A stretch of DNA of 64,000 nt from Octopus sinensis (taxonomy: Eukaryota): assembly GCF_006345805.1 (NCBI RefSeq), contig NC_043024.1, positions 930,001 through 994,000 on the forward strand, in the 5' to 3' direction. How positions within the stretch are numbered: position 1 is the stretch's first letter; each line of letters starts with the position of its first letter. This document shows positions 35,518 through 48,794 of the stretch, one piece after another. A program made the position numbers and the translations under genes. The notes below the pieces were generated by a model, which searched no databases, had not been told where the DNA came from, and worked only from the letters and a program-made list of their open reading frames with translations.

Positions 35518-36379
35518 GCATACATACACACTCTCACACACACCTTTATAATATCTGACATACATATGTATCACATATCACAAAGTCACACACACACTAA
35601 TTATGAATGAGTTAAGTAGAGATGTTGGCTGCTTATCTTTCTCTTTCTGTACATCATCATCATCATCATCATTTAACATCCACTTTCCAAGCTGGCATGG
35701 GTTGGACAATTTGACTGAGGACTGGCGAACCAGATGGCTGCACCAGGCACCAATCTGATCTGGTAGAGTTTTAAGCCTGAGACTTATACTGCTGGTCTCT
35801 TTTACTCGACCACTAAGACACAGGGATGTGAACAAACCAACACAGGTTGTCAAGTAGTGATAAAGGCCAAACAATACACACACACACACACAAGGCTGAA
35901 GTAGAAGACATTTGCCCAAGGTGCTGCACAATGGAACTGAACCAAAAACCCCATGGTTAGGAAGCAAGCTTCTTAACCACACAGCCATACCTGTGCCTGT
36001 ATAAAAGTTTGATATAATGTCATCACCTTTGCTTCGGGGTTTCATCCTGGTGTCCATGGGACTTGGAGCTTCAATAAATTTCTGTTGTGGTTGAGAAAGA
36101 CACCAACTGTTGAAATGTGTTGTGACTTACCACTTGAACACCAGTGTGAAACCATGATGTGAATGGAACAAGAGTTACTAAACTCACTATATACTAAAAC
36201 TATGACAACAGATGGTCTGTTTAGTTCTGCATGGTAGGCAGGTCAGTTCAATGGTATCAGCTGGTGTGCCACCTGTGAAATTTGATGACACCAGGTATTG
36301 TTCCAAATAGTAAGTAGTTATTAGTGTGCCAGTAATATCAGATGAAAACAGATCATGTCAGTTGGTGTTGTGTGTAACT

Positions 36380-37200
36380 GTATTTCATGTAATTATTGCA
36401 AGGTGTCAGCAGTGGTGGTAAGCAGAGGGAATAATCTTACTTTGAGCAAGCAAATCTTATCTATATGACTGCTGCATATAGGTCAACTAGAATTAAGGTG
36501 GTCTTTCTTGTGTGTTGGCAGTCAATCAAGTTCATTAACAATGTGTGTTTTTTTTTATGGCGACAATGCTGAGGAAGACTGCTAGCTGGTAGAGTTTTCC
36601 CTGTCCTGTATCTGAAAGAGTGCATGTGTTGCATAAATCTTTCTTTGAAGTCATTAGCTGTTAAGCCAACATAGATTATTAGAACATCATTGAAGAGAGT
36701 GAGATGGCCACAGAAACAACAGCTTTTGAGAGGCAGAATCTCCAGTGGAGAGTTGAAGTGGTTTCTGTGCTATTAGCTTAAAGCAGTGCTGTTTCTGTAA
36801 ATACAGGATTTTCTTTTCTGTTGTAACATTCAATGATAGAACACAATATTGTCTAGTCATTAATAGATAATCTTTATGTTATGGGCAACAAAAAGTTTGT
36901 GGTACTTGTAGGTGTTTGGGAAAAGTGAGTTAGGATCAAGAAACAGCTACCTATATTTGTGGAGACATCTAGATTGTATGGAGGATTAAATCAGATTATC
37001 TTTTTCTTTCTAACTCTCTTTGGGGTATGATTTTCTATGTGCATTAACATATCACCAAAGCCACGCCTTGTTAGAGCCTCATAAAGAGGTGTGGCCCTCT
37101 TGAATAATCTACTGTTTGCTAATTCTTCTAGTGATACCTCTTACTAGATTTCAGATAACAGCTGTGAGTGGTTGGAGTTGCTGTAGATACCAAACTAGTC
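36380..37200 (-). mobile_element. Decayed Penelope-like element: RT thumb/linker plus GIY-YIG endonuclease
   Basis: Minus-strand frames give IYSNSNH, NLVRGITRRIS, FKRATPLYEAL, RKKKII*FNPPYNLDVSTNIG (36973-37010), CLSKAVV and YVGLTANDFKERFMQHMHSFRY (36608-36673), in PLE order, with stops and frameshifts. Confidence 0.9.
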
Positions 37201-40200
37201 CTTGTCTATTCAGTGCAAAATATTGAAGTTTAATTCAGAAATATTGTAAAAATGCAAAGAAATTACATTCCCTTGTAATTAAACAGCGTGCAGTGCGATC
37301 GCACAAAATATGTGGCGTCACTGGTTAAGTTCCAGTGACAGGCTGTGGCGATTAATGTGTTGAGTACCAATTGATGTAATTGTCAAGGTTACCCCCACAA
37401 ACTTTCAGGCCTTGTACCAGTAACAGCAACAAATATTTTGAACAACACAATAACCAATCAACACATACAATCCAATTTATTAACCTTTAGCATGTTGAAG
37501 GCAAAGCATGTTACCACATGAGTTTTCTCCCCTGTTGCTGCAGGCACATTGTGTTGCATTGAGAGGGGAGAAAATTCATACGGCAACATGATTTGCCTTT
37601 AGTGTGCTAAAGGTTAATGATGAACTGCCATTGTCGTATACTTACCAGATTAGCAGAAATATAAATGTGATGCCTGAAGGCTACTGGCATTCTGTTGGTT
37701 ATGACAAGGGTTTCAAGTGATCTGATCAATGGGACAGCCTGCTCGTGAAATCAACATGCAAGTGGCTGAGCCCTCCACAGACACATATAACCCTTAATGC
37801 AGTCCTCAGAGAGATTCAGTGCGACACAGAATACAACAAAGGCTGGTCCTTTGAAATACTGATACGACTCATTTTTTCCAGCTGAGTGGACTGGAGCAAT
37901 GTGGAATAAAGTGTCTTGCTCAAGGACACAACTTGTCGCTGGGAATGAAGTACTCCTGACCATTAAGCCACATGCCTTCACTATGACTGAAGGTAAAAGA
38001 AAACAAAGATGAGGTAAATGACCTCCTATTAAAATGGTGAGATATCTCCCATCCACACACTCACCGAAAATACTTCCTTGTGATGTTTGTCACAAGAGAG
38101 AGAAAGGAAGGACGTCCTAATTTCTGACAAATAAACAAAAACTGATGCTGACTATTAATGGAATTATGTAGAAGACATGTCACAATTCTTCAGTTTTGTT
38201 GACAAAAACACCAAAACACCAGCCGAGACTAACAGAATATTGAATATCTCAGATGTCAGAGCACAAGACTTCTTTTTCTGGGAGTGTACAAAGGAAAATG
38301 GCATTATAATAATATTTTGAATGTTTTTATCTTTTACTTGTTTCAGTCACTGAACTGTGGCCATGCTGGGGCACTGTTGTTTTGAAGGGTTTAGTCAGAC
38401 AAGTTGGCCCCAGTACACTATGTCTTTTTATTAAAGCTTAGTACTTATTCTATTGGTCTCTCTTTGCTGAGTTGCTATGTTGCGAGGATGTAAACAAACC
38501 AGCACCTGTCGTGAAATGGTAGTGGGGAACAAATACAAAGGTATACACATACGTGTGAGTGTGTGTACATGTATATATTCGTGTGTGCATGTGCATACAC
38601 ACACACACACAACAGGCATCTTCTCGGTTCTATCAACGAAATCCAAGGCTGACCAAATCACAAGGCTTTGGTTAGCTGAGGACTATATCAGAAAACTACT
38701 GCAAGGCCCAAGGTGCCATACAGTAGGACTGAACCCAGAACCATATGGTTGGAAAGCAAACGTCTTACTATACAGTCACAGAAAAATGTAATTGTGTTCA
38801 GTGAGAAAATGTATTTACAAATCCAGTGTCTGCAACGGAGGCAGTGTTTTTAATTAAATAACCATCAATGTACCATACACTGTCGATGGGCCATTCACTG
38901 AAGTATTTGTCCTGAGATAACACCTCTCATGGATTGCTGTGTTAAAAAGAATAATAAATATTGGAGAAAGATAAGAATTCATCCCAGCAGCATCCAGTGA
39001 GAGTGCCAGATGCATTTCAGACTTTTAGGGCCTTTTCAAAGGCATATACTCACAGCCAGCTACATGGTTAGCCCCTATTGCTCTCTAAGGGAGCATAGGG
39101 CATCTTTCCTGGTTTCTCTGGTGTATATATTCCCCACCTGGATGGGATGCCAGTCCTTTGCAGGATTACTCACTTTTGCCAGCTGAATGGACTGAAGCAA
39201 TGTAAAAATGAAGTATTTTGCTTGGACACAAAGCATTGTCCAGCCCAGGAATGGAACTCACAATCTTATGATTATGAGTGGGATGGAATTTGTTGAGGCA
39301 GATTTTCTACAGCCTGGTGCCCTCCCTGTTACCAACACTCACCCATTTCCACCCTAACCACTAAGCCATGTGCCTTCACACAGCCAACGACATGTTTGGA
39401 CAAGAATTTCTCAACTGTGATATAAGTGTACAAAACATCCACTGATGTTGCAAACAGCTGTTCAGTTGAATAAAAAACCAGTATGCATATTTGAAGCAGT
39501 CTATATATCATAATATATTTATTGGAGACAATGGTGAATTCTTGTCCCTACATATGGCTAGCTGTGAACGAAAAAGGCATAATGAATATGCTCAATTAAA
39601 AAGGTATAAAAAAGGGGAGGGGGAAAGAAAAGCATCTGGTGCTCTCACTGGTCACTGATGGGATAAATTTTCATTTCTTTCTGGTATTTCATGGGAGACG
39701 TTATCTCAGTACAAATATTGTAGTAACTTGGCCTATCAAGTGTGTATATATTGATTTCAAATTTTGGTACATGGCCAGCAATTTGGGCGGGGTGGGGGTG
39801 AGTTGATTACATTAATCCAAGTGTTCAACTGACATTCATTTTATCAACACTGAAAGGATGAAAGGCAAAGCTGACCTTGGTGGAATTTGAACTCAGAACA
39901 AAGACGGACGGAATGTCACTAAGCGCAGCAACAATTCTGCCAGCTCATCACCATCCAGTGTCTACGTATGAACTATGATACACAGATGGTTAAACAATCT
40001 TTATGAATACACTGGTATTGTAAAAAAAAAACCTGTTCTTCTACGACGTAATTACAGCAACCATCATATCTCTGTGTTCAAACCTGCTTGGACGTATAAC
40101 AAATAAATATAAAACAATTGTTTGTATATTTATTTGGTGGCTGTGTGGTAAGAAGCTTGCTTCCCAACCACATGGTTCCAGGTTCAATCCCACTGTGTAG

Positions 40201-40687
40201 CACCTTGGGCTGACCAAAGCCTTGTGGGTGGATTTAGTAGACAGAAACTGAAAGAAGCCTGTCATATATATATGTGTGTGTGTGTGTGTGTGTTTGTCCC
40301 CACCCCACCATCACTTGACAACCGATATTGATATGTTTACATCCCCATAACTTAGCAGTTCAGCAGAAGAGACTGACAGAATAAGTACTAGACTTACAAA
40401 GAATAAGTCCAGGGGTAAATTTCTTCAACTAAAACCCTTTAAGGTGGTGCTCCAGCATGGCCGCAGTCAAATGACTGAAACAAGTGAAAGAGTAAAAGAA
40501 CTGCTGAGAGATGGACGGTTATTTTGTAATTAACGTAATTATGAATAATGAAGCAGGAAATAACTGACCTTTAAACGATTCCAGCAATTTAAGACCCTTA
40601 CAATAAATATAACCCTAATCAACAAAGACAGTAGGGTCCCCTAACTCCTTTGAAATTGATTAAGATCAACCCAAGTTCCTGACTAAT

Positions 40688-41074
40688 GGGGGAAGCACTC
40701 CGTCGGTTACAACGACGAGGGTTCCGGTTGATCCAAATCAACGGAACAGCCTGCTCGTGAAATTAACGTGTAAGTGGCTGAGCACTCCACAGACACGCGC
40801 ACCCTTAACGTAGTTCTCGGGGATATTCAGCGTGACACAGAGAGTGACAAGGCCAGCCCTTTGAAATACAGGTACAACAGAAACAGGAAGTAAGAGTGAG
40901 AGAAAGTTGTGGTGAAAGAGTACAGCAGGGATCACCACCATCCCCTGCCGGAGCCTTGTGGAGTTTTAGGTGTTTTCGCTCAATAAACACTCACAACGCC
41001 CGGTCTGGGAATCGAAACCGCGATCCTATGACCGCAAGTCCGCTGCCCTAACCACTGGGCCATTGCGCCTCCAC
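40688..41074 (-). mobile_element. SINE family C, full length, with 12-bp target-site duplication
   Basis: TSD TTCCTGACTAAT at 40676-40687 and 41075-41086; tRNA-like head GGAGGCGCAATGGCCCAGTGGTTAGGGCAGCGGACT...GGTTTCGATTCC. Confidence 0.92.
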
Positions 41075-42216
41075 TTCCTGACTAATACTGCCATAGTGTA
41101 TCTAGGACTACGCCGTTGATTGTGCTGTTATCGCTGTTCATCCCAAGTCTGCCCAGGTCGAACTAACCTAGGATAAAAAGCATTCTTCTCACAAAAACAC
41201 AAAACTATTTTTCAGTCCATATATGTCGTAAAAGAGTTTGTTTCCAAACCACATGGGTCTGGGTTCAGTCCCATTGTGAGTCTGCTATTGTGGCCCTAGG
41301 ACAACCAAAGCTTTGGGAGTGGATTTGGTAGATGGAAACTGAAAGAAGCCTGTTGTATGTGTGTGCATGCACGAGTGTTACTGTCTCCTTGTCTTGACAT
41401 CATGTGAAAGTTGTAAACAAGTTACACCATCATACAAGCAGTGTCATTTCATTCCGATATTCTGTGTAAAAATGTCTGGTCATGGGGAAAATATTACTTT
41501 GTTTGGAAACGGGGGAGAGTTGGTGACAGGAAGAGCATCCAGCTGTAGAAAATCTGCCTTGACAAATTTCGTCCGACTCATGCAAGCACGGAAAAGCTGA
41601 TGTTAAAACGACAACAATAAGGATGACGCAAAGACAGAGGCAGAGTATGATTTGGTTGCCATTGCTAGCAGGTTGGGTACCCAGGTAGAAGCTACCTTGT
41701 TAGCTTTCGGTTTGTAAGCAGTAAGGGGAAAACAACGACGACTTTTTGAAACAGATGTTTTTTTACAACAGTTAATATTTTTGTTAACAATAGCAGAACA
41801 AATCTCAAAACAGATTCTGAAGCATAAATAGTATTTTCTTTCTGCAGGATGTCATTATTATTATTATTACTAAATTCAACGTAAATATTAAGGAGAGAAC
41901 AGCTGAACAAGGCTCTGTAAACAGAAATAACAATAGACAGGATACAATAGGAATGTGTGCAGTTATAATTATATGCTAATCATTTATTGATGTTCTGCTC
42001 ATAACTGGGTTTTCCTTTTCTAATTTTAGGTGAGTAATTATTATTAACGTTGCCAGATGAGTTTGGTGGGATGCTGTGCCTTTGTTTGCATCAGCAACAC
42101 AAAACTGATGGTTAATGGAAGTTGAGAAAGAGGTGGGTCTACATTGTAAGTGAAGTAACCAGAAGAGGGGTGGAGTGACAGAGAGGCAGGTGAAAGAGAG
42201 GTGCAGCGAGGCCGGT

Positions 42217-42540
42217 GGCAGTCAAAGGAGAGGCGCAGCAAGGCTGACGGCGGTCAAAGGAGAGGCGCAGCAAAGCCGATGGCAGTCAAAGGAGAGGCGC
42301 AGCAAGGCTCACGGCAGTCAAAGGAGAGGCACAGCAAAGCCGATGGCAGTCAAAGGAGAGGCGCAGCAAGGCTGACGGCAGTTGAAGGAGAGGCGCAGCA
42401 AGGCCAATGACTGCCGAAGGAGAGGCGCAGCAAGGCTGACGGCAGTTGAAGGAGAGGCGCAGCAAGGCCAATGACTGCCGAAGGAGAGGCGCAGCAAGGC
42501 TGACGGCAGTTGGAGAGGCGCAGCAAGGCTGACCATAGCT
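42217..42540. repeat. GC-rich 32-bp minisatellite, about 10 copies with alternating variants
   Basis: Unit GGCAGTCAAAGGAGAGGCGCAGCAAGGCTGAC at 42217, 42249, 42281 and onward; degenerate units on both flanks; no unique spacers. Confidence 0.95.
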
Positions 42541-42659
42541 GAAAGACAGGAGCAGCAAGGTCGGCACAGCGAGGTCAACGGCAGTCTAAGGAGTAGTATA
42601 GCTAGTCTGACGGCAGCCAAAGTAAAAACACAGTCAGGTGGCACTGGCATCAACCACAC

Positions 42660-43096
42660 TCAAATTGTGCTTTTTACATGCCCATTATGGGTGCCAATCA
42701 TGTGGTACTGCCATTGGCCACAACAACAAATTCACTTGCCTCAACAGGTCTTCACAAGCGCTGTTTACTGCTCAATGATTGAAGGGTACTCTTAAATGGG
42801 CTGGTCATGCAACACTGGCATAGGCCATGGTTATGGTCTCACTTGGCTTGCCAGGTCTTTTCCAGCACAGCAGATCTCCAAAGGTATCAGCCACTTGTCA
42901 TCACCTCCATGAGGCCCAACGTTCGAAGGTCATGCTTCACCACCTCATCCCAGGGCTTCCTGGGTCTATCTCTTCCACAGGTTCCCTCTACTGCTAGGGT
43001 GTTACACTTTTTCATACAGCTGTCCTCATCCATACGCAACCCCTGACCAAATCAGTGCAGTCGTCTCTCTTACACACCATGTCTGATGCTTCTTAA
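42660..43096 (-). mobile_element. RTE (BovB-like) LINE C-terminus plus 3' UTR
   Basis: Translates ERRLH*FGQGLRMDEDSCMKKCNTLAVEGTCGRDRPRKPWDEVVKHDLRTLGL...LWRSAVLEKTWQAK* (stop at 42839-42841). Confidence 0.9.
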
Positions 43097-43311
43097 GTCC
43101 ATTGGCCCCTGTACTTGACTTGTACTGCATTCATACCTTGGTGGAATTTGATCTCAGAACGTGAAACTGGAAGAAACACTACTAAGGTGGCAAGATTGTA
43201 GAATTGGTAAAGACCGATCAAATGCTGCATTAGAAGAAGTGGCACCGTTGGTGTGGGTTGTACCTGGGGCAAGTCAATGTTACCACAGCTGGCGCAGATT
43301 AAAGACACTCT

Positions 43312-43507
43312 TCACTCTTTTACTTGTTTCAGTCATTTGACTGCGGCCATGCTGGAGCACTGCCTTTAGTCGAGCAAATTGACCCCGGAACTTATTCTTT
43401 GTAAGCCCAGTACTTATTCTATCGGTCTCTTTTGCCGAACCGCTAAGTGACGGGGACGTAAACACACCAGCATCAGTTGTCAGGCAATGCTAAGGGGACA
43501 AACACAG

Positions 43508-43548
<41 letters not shown>

Positions 43549-43707
43549 TACGACAGGCTTCTTTCAGTTTCCGTCTACCAAATCCACTCACAAGGCATTG
43601 GTCGGCCCGGGGCTATAGCAGAAGACACTTGCCCAAGATGCCACGCAGTGGGACTGAACCCAGAACCATGTGGTTGGTTAGCAAGCTACTTACCACACAG
43701 CCACTCC
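43312..43707 (-). mobile_element. SINE family A, young subfamily
   Basis: Near-identical to 54175-54566. Confidence 0.9.
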
Positions 43708-46074
43708 TTTCTCCATATGAGGAGAAAGAAACAAAAAGAGGAATGAAAACAATCCGGGGAAAGGGGATTCTTCAAGTTAGATTACATCTGATACAGAGTG
43801 GAGATAAAAGAGAGAGAGAAAAAGATTTTTTAAAATGATAATGGTGGCAACTGTGATGAAGTTTAGAGGAGAGTGAAAGGGGAAAACCAATTACATACAC
43901 GTATGCACATACTAGAGAGTGAGAGAGAGAGAGGAATGTGTTTGTGTGTGTGTATATATATACACACAACAAATAAATAATTAAAGAGACATCATATAGA
44001 AATGTCAAAGTGTGAGAGACGAGTGTGTGTGTGTGTGTGGGGGGGAATATGTAAATGTAATAGTAAAAAAAAATAAAGATCAGAATTTGTATCATATTAT
44101 CTCTCTCTCTCTTTCTCTCTGCCCCTACCCACCCATGCAGTGTTTAGAATTTCAAAAGAAAAGGACAAAGTCAGAAAGTGTACTGTTGTTTCAAAATAAA
44201 GCCAGATATTTAACTCCCACATTCAAAGTTCAGTGATTTGCACATAACACACTGCCACATTAACAGAATGTCATACTCACACACGCACGCACACACACGT
44301 TATGCTAAAACAACCAACCTACATCATCCTGCATCAAAACAACCCAATCATCTAAATGGACAACATGGAACTTGGCTGAAAAAGGCAACACTATTCCAGG
44401 CTATTTGTCATGACGTAAAACCAAACACTATACTAATCTGACATACACAACCGAGAGAGTATTAAATTAAAACAGCCATCTTTGTTGTCTCATACATGAT
44501 GTATAGAGACACAGTTGAGAGGCCAGTTGCTGTAGTATTTGTCCTGATATAACATCTCCGTTGGCTGTCCTGTACTAAAAACACAATATAGAGAAATAAA
44601 AAATTCACCTCAGTAAGGGCCAGTATGAATGCCAGATGCTTAAATGAAATTTGTTGCCTCTAATATAGGCAACAGTGAATAAAATATTCCCTGATGTGGC
44701 AAAACAGCTGCCCAATTGAATAAAATTCTGGTATATGCAATTGAGGCAGTATTTATCCTAATTAAAATAACCATCAAGACACGGGTGTGGCTGAGCAAGG
44801 AGTTTGCTTCCCAACCACACAGTTTCCAGGTTGACACCTGTACAAGGTGCCACATAATGGGATTGAACCTGTAATCACTTCGATTGAAAAGCAAACTTCT
44901 TACCACACACCTACACCTACAATTGTTATACAGCAACAATGTCGTCAAGTCAAGCTATTCGTTTAAAAACCTGAAAAACTGTTCCATTCACTCTCAGTGA
45001 GACCCATTTTTCTCAACCATTTCTTAATCTGCGGACCCCTCTGGTTCCTATTTTATTCAACTGGACCCTAATAAATACTTGATGCTTAAAAAATTCTATT
45101 AGATCTTCACAAGTATTATTAAGAATTCTTTTATTCTTTTACTCATTTCAGTCATTTGACTGCAGCCATGCTGGAGCACCACCTTAAAGGTTTTTTTTTA
45201 ATCAATGAAGTTGACCCCAGGACTTATTGTTTGTAAGCCTGGTACTTATTCTAATGGTCTCTTTTGCTGAACTGCTAAGTTACAGGGACATAAACACACC
45301 ACCATCAGTTGTCAAGCAATGGTAGGAAGACTTCTTTCAGTTTCCGTTTACCAAATCCACTCACAAGGCTTTTATCGGCCTGAGGCTAAAGTAGAAAACA
45401 CTTACCCAAGGTGCCATGCAGTGGGACTGAACCCAGAACTATGTGCTTGGGAAGCAAGCTTCTTACCACACAACCACACCTGTGTCTATACCTACACACA
45501 CACACATATATTTATATTTTTATGACAGGCTTCTTTCAGTTTCCACTAACCAAATCTATTCACAAGGCTTTGGTCAGCCCGAGGCTACAGTGGAAGACAC
45601 TTGACCAAGGTGCCACGCAGTGGGACTGAACCTGGAATTGTATAAAAAATTGTTAAAATATTTTGTGTATTGGAGAAATATAACCGATTCCATTGTCCAT
45701 AAACTTTAACAACAGAATCTGATAAGGGTCACAGTTGTGAGACCCTGAATTGGACCCTAACAGTAATCATACAAAAACAAGTACTTTTAGGATCTGGTCA
45801 TGGATACTGTCGAAAGCAGTTCCTGTCCTGCTTTCGTTATTCTCTGGGAAATTGCATTTTTAAGTTGTTTTTTCTATTTTATTTCCCTTTTTTTTTATTA
45901 TCTTGGTTAATGTCTTTTCATATCAGTTTGATATATAAAGTAATTATCTTATTCTTCAGTCCGTTATCTTATGTGATTGACCATCCTTTTTCTTTGGAAT
46001 CAGACTGAATTCCTCCTTGTTTTCCTTTCCTCCTAACAGATTACCATGGGTCTATTTATTCATTCACTATCACA

Positions 46075-47096
46075 TAATAATAAATAATAATAATAGTGAT
46101 AATGATAAATGCTCTGATGCAGTTCCAGGCAGTGGCTCTCATGGCTTCTGATCTTAAGTGTTATCATGTACATTGTTTTGTCTTGGTATAACAGATGAAC
46201 TTACAGCAAATATTCTACTCAATACCACAGATTTGCTTGTCAGTTGTTTGACCATAACCAGTTGAGCATGTCCCTTAGTGGCTGACGATATGTGCATCTC
46301 TGATCACGAGCAGAAGTAGTGGGGGAGCATCATAGCCATGTGTTGAGAGGGATTCTTTGGGGGTTTGAATGATTCACCTCTGGAAACATGGGTGGTTCTT
46401 TCAACATCCTTAAACAACCCTTATTCAGGGACCTTTTGAGCGGGATCGGCTACTCAACCTGAAGAAAATTCTAACTGGGCCCCACCTGCAAGGTCATGTG
46501 CTGTTTATCTTGATATGAGATCACCATGTCGCGCACATATGGTTGTGATGCATGTGCCTGGTGTACCTTTATCAGACAGGTAGTCATGATGGGTATATTG
46601 GGCTTCGTATATTTTACCCCAGTGTCACTTTGATGGCATGAACTGCTCTCTCACTCAATAATAAGAATAATAATAAGTACATTGTCTTGTCTTGCTGTAA
46701 AAGATGGGTTACAATACCACCGATTTGCTTGTCAGTTGTTTGACCATAATCAGTTGAGCATGCCCCTTATTGGCTGACGATATGTGCATCTCTGATCACG
46801 ATCAGGAGTATTGGGGGAGCATCATAGCCATGTGTTGAGAGGGATTCTTTGGGGTCTAAATAATTCACCTCTGAAAACAGGTCTTTTGTTCCTCATCCTT
46901 AAAACAAATCTTATTCAGGTACATTTTGAGTGGGATGGGCTGCTCAAGCTGTAGAATATTCTAATTGGGCCCCACCTACAAGGTCATGAGCTGGTTATCT
47001 TGATATGAGGTCACTATGTTGCACATCATATAGTGGTGATGCATGTGCCCGATGTACCCTTATCACACAGGCAGTCATGATGGGTACACTGGGCTT
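46075..47096 (+). repeat. Family D: about 600-bp unit flanked by (AAT)n, plus a tandem truncated second copy
   Basis: 46075-46675 is bounded by AAT repeats at both ends; 46677-47096 repeats its interior; dispersed fragments at 1985-2245 and 59055-59310. Confidence 0.85.
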
Positions 47097-47251
47097 GTCA
47101 ACGGATGCTGATGTTTACGTCCCCGTAACTTAGCGGTTCGACAAAAGGGACCGATGGAATAAGTATTAGGATTACAAAGAATAAGTCCTGGGGTCGATTT
47201 GCTCAATTAATGGCGATGCTCCAGCATTACCGCAGTCAAAAGAATATATAT

Positions 47252-47648
47252 AGGAGTGGCTGTGTGGTAAGTAGCTTGCTAACCAACCACATGGTTCTGG
47301 GTTCAGTCCCACTGCATGGCATCTTGGGCAAGTGTCTTCTGCTATAGCCACGGGTCGACCATTGCCTTGTGAGTGGATTTGGTAGACGGAAACTGAAAGA
47401 CGCCTGTCGTATATATGTATATATATATATGTATGTATGTGTTTGTGTATCTGTGTTTGTCCCCCTAGCATTGCTTGACAACCGATGCTGGTGTGTTTAC
47501 GTCCCCGTCACATTAGCGGTTCGGCAAAAAAGACCGATAGAATAAGTACTGGGCTTACAAAGAATAAGTCCCGGGGTCGATTTGCTCGACTAAAAGGCGG
47601 TGCTCCAGCATGGCCGCAGTCAAATGACTGAAACAAGTAAAAGAATAA
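47252..47648 (+). mobile_element. SINE family A, full length
   Basis: AGGAGTGGCTGTGTGG...ATGACTGAAACAAGTAAAAGAATAAAAG; preceded by a separate 3' fragment at about 47100-47240. Confidence 0.9.
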
Positions 47649-47849
47649 AAGAATATATATATGTGTGTGTGTGTGTAGAATATATATAACAATGTAATAT
47701 ACATGTAATATAACAATTGAATATAATATAATTTATATAGCATTAAATATTACTGGAATTTCCTTCGATATGTTGAGGCAGTGCAGCTGTCCCCGACTTT
47801 AATCTGAGATGAAGGAAGAGAATTCACTTTCACAAATTATTTAACATTC

Positions 47850-47887
<38 letters not shown>

Positions 47888-48794
47888 AGAGAAGGAGAGA
47901 GAGAAGGGACGATAGTTTTACAACTGAATGTTGTCCTACTCCGCCACACCCGTCACCCACAAACATCCTAATCGTACGATCAACACTCGGAACAAGCGCT
48001 CTACATCCGCCAGCCACCAACAAACGGCTGACTCCTTCGACACACTCGCTCCATCACTTTCAAATACGACAGCCAACTCTGCCCCTTTAAGTACTTTTAA
48101 AAAAGATACATTGGATTATGTCGTCCATGGGTGAACTGTTCCTAAAAAACATGAAAATGGAACGGTGATAGCTTTTTTACGCCTTTGATCTTAAGGTTGC
48201 TTGATGAAGGCGGGATTAGGGCTTATAACTAAAACATCGTTTTCCCCCCTAGCCCCTCTTTACTACGAAATTGGCGCCAAAAAACTGCTCGAGTAGGGCG
48301 GGCGGTCACTTCATTCCCTCCTCCGCTTAATTTGAAAATAACTGCAAACACACACACACACACACACACACGTGAGAAAATACTCAACAAACCAAAAGAG
48401 ATGGTTTTTATCTGTATGATGACATTTTTTTTTTAGTATCTTCAATTCTTTGGCAACTTTTTGTGTATCGTTTTTTTTTTTTTCCTTTTTGAAATGCGAA
48501 ACTTCGCCTTATATATATATATAAACACACACACACATATATATACATACACACACACACATATATATATAAATATATATATACACACACACACATATAT
48601 ATATATATACATACACACACACATATATATAAATATATATACACACACACACATATATATATATATAACACACACACACATATATACATATATACACACA
48701 CATACATATATATACACACACACATATATATATATATATACCACACACACACATATATATATATATGTATGTATGTATATATATATATGTGATA

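Noticed and set aside
42217-42540. CRISPR-like array
   Set aside because: Units are contiguous with no unique spacers, no cas genes are present, and the context is eukaryotic; it is a minisatellite.
38880-44580. Paralogous exons encoding RCY(L/I)RTNT (38.9 kb and 44.5 kb)
   Set aside because: A third copy on the opposite strand at 39.7 kb does not preserve the frame, so it is treated as an old repeat.
45710-45760. CTGATAA-GGGTC...GACCC-TGAA hairpin as a hammerhead
   Set aside because: Two core mismatches and no helix I or III; indistinguishable from a chance hairpin.
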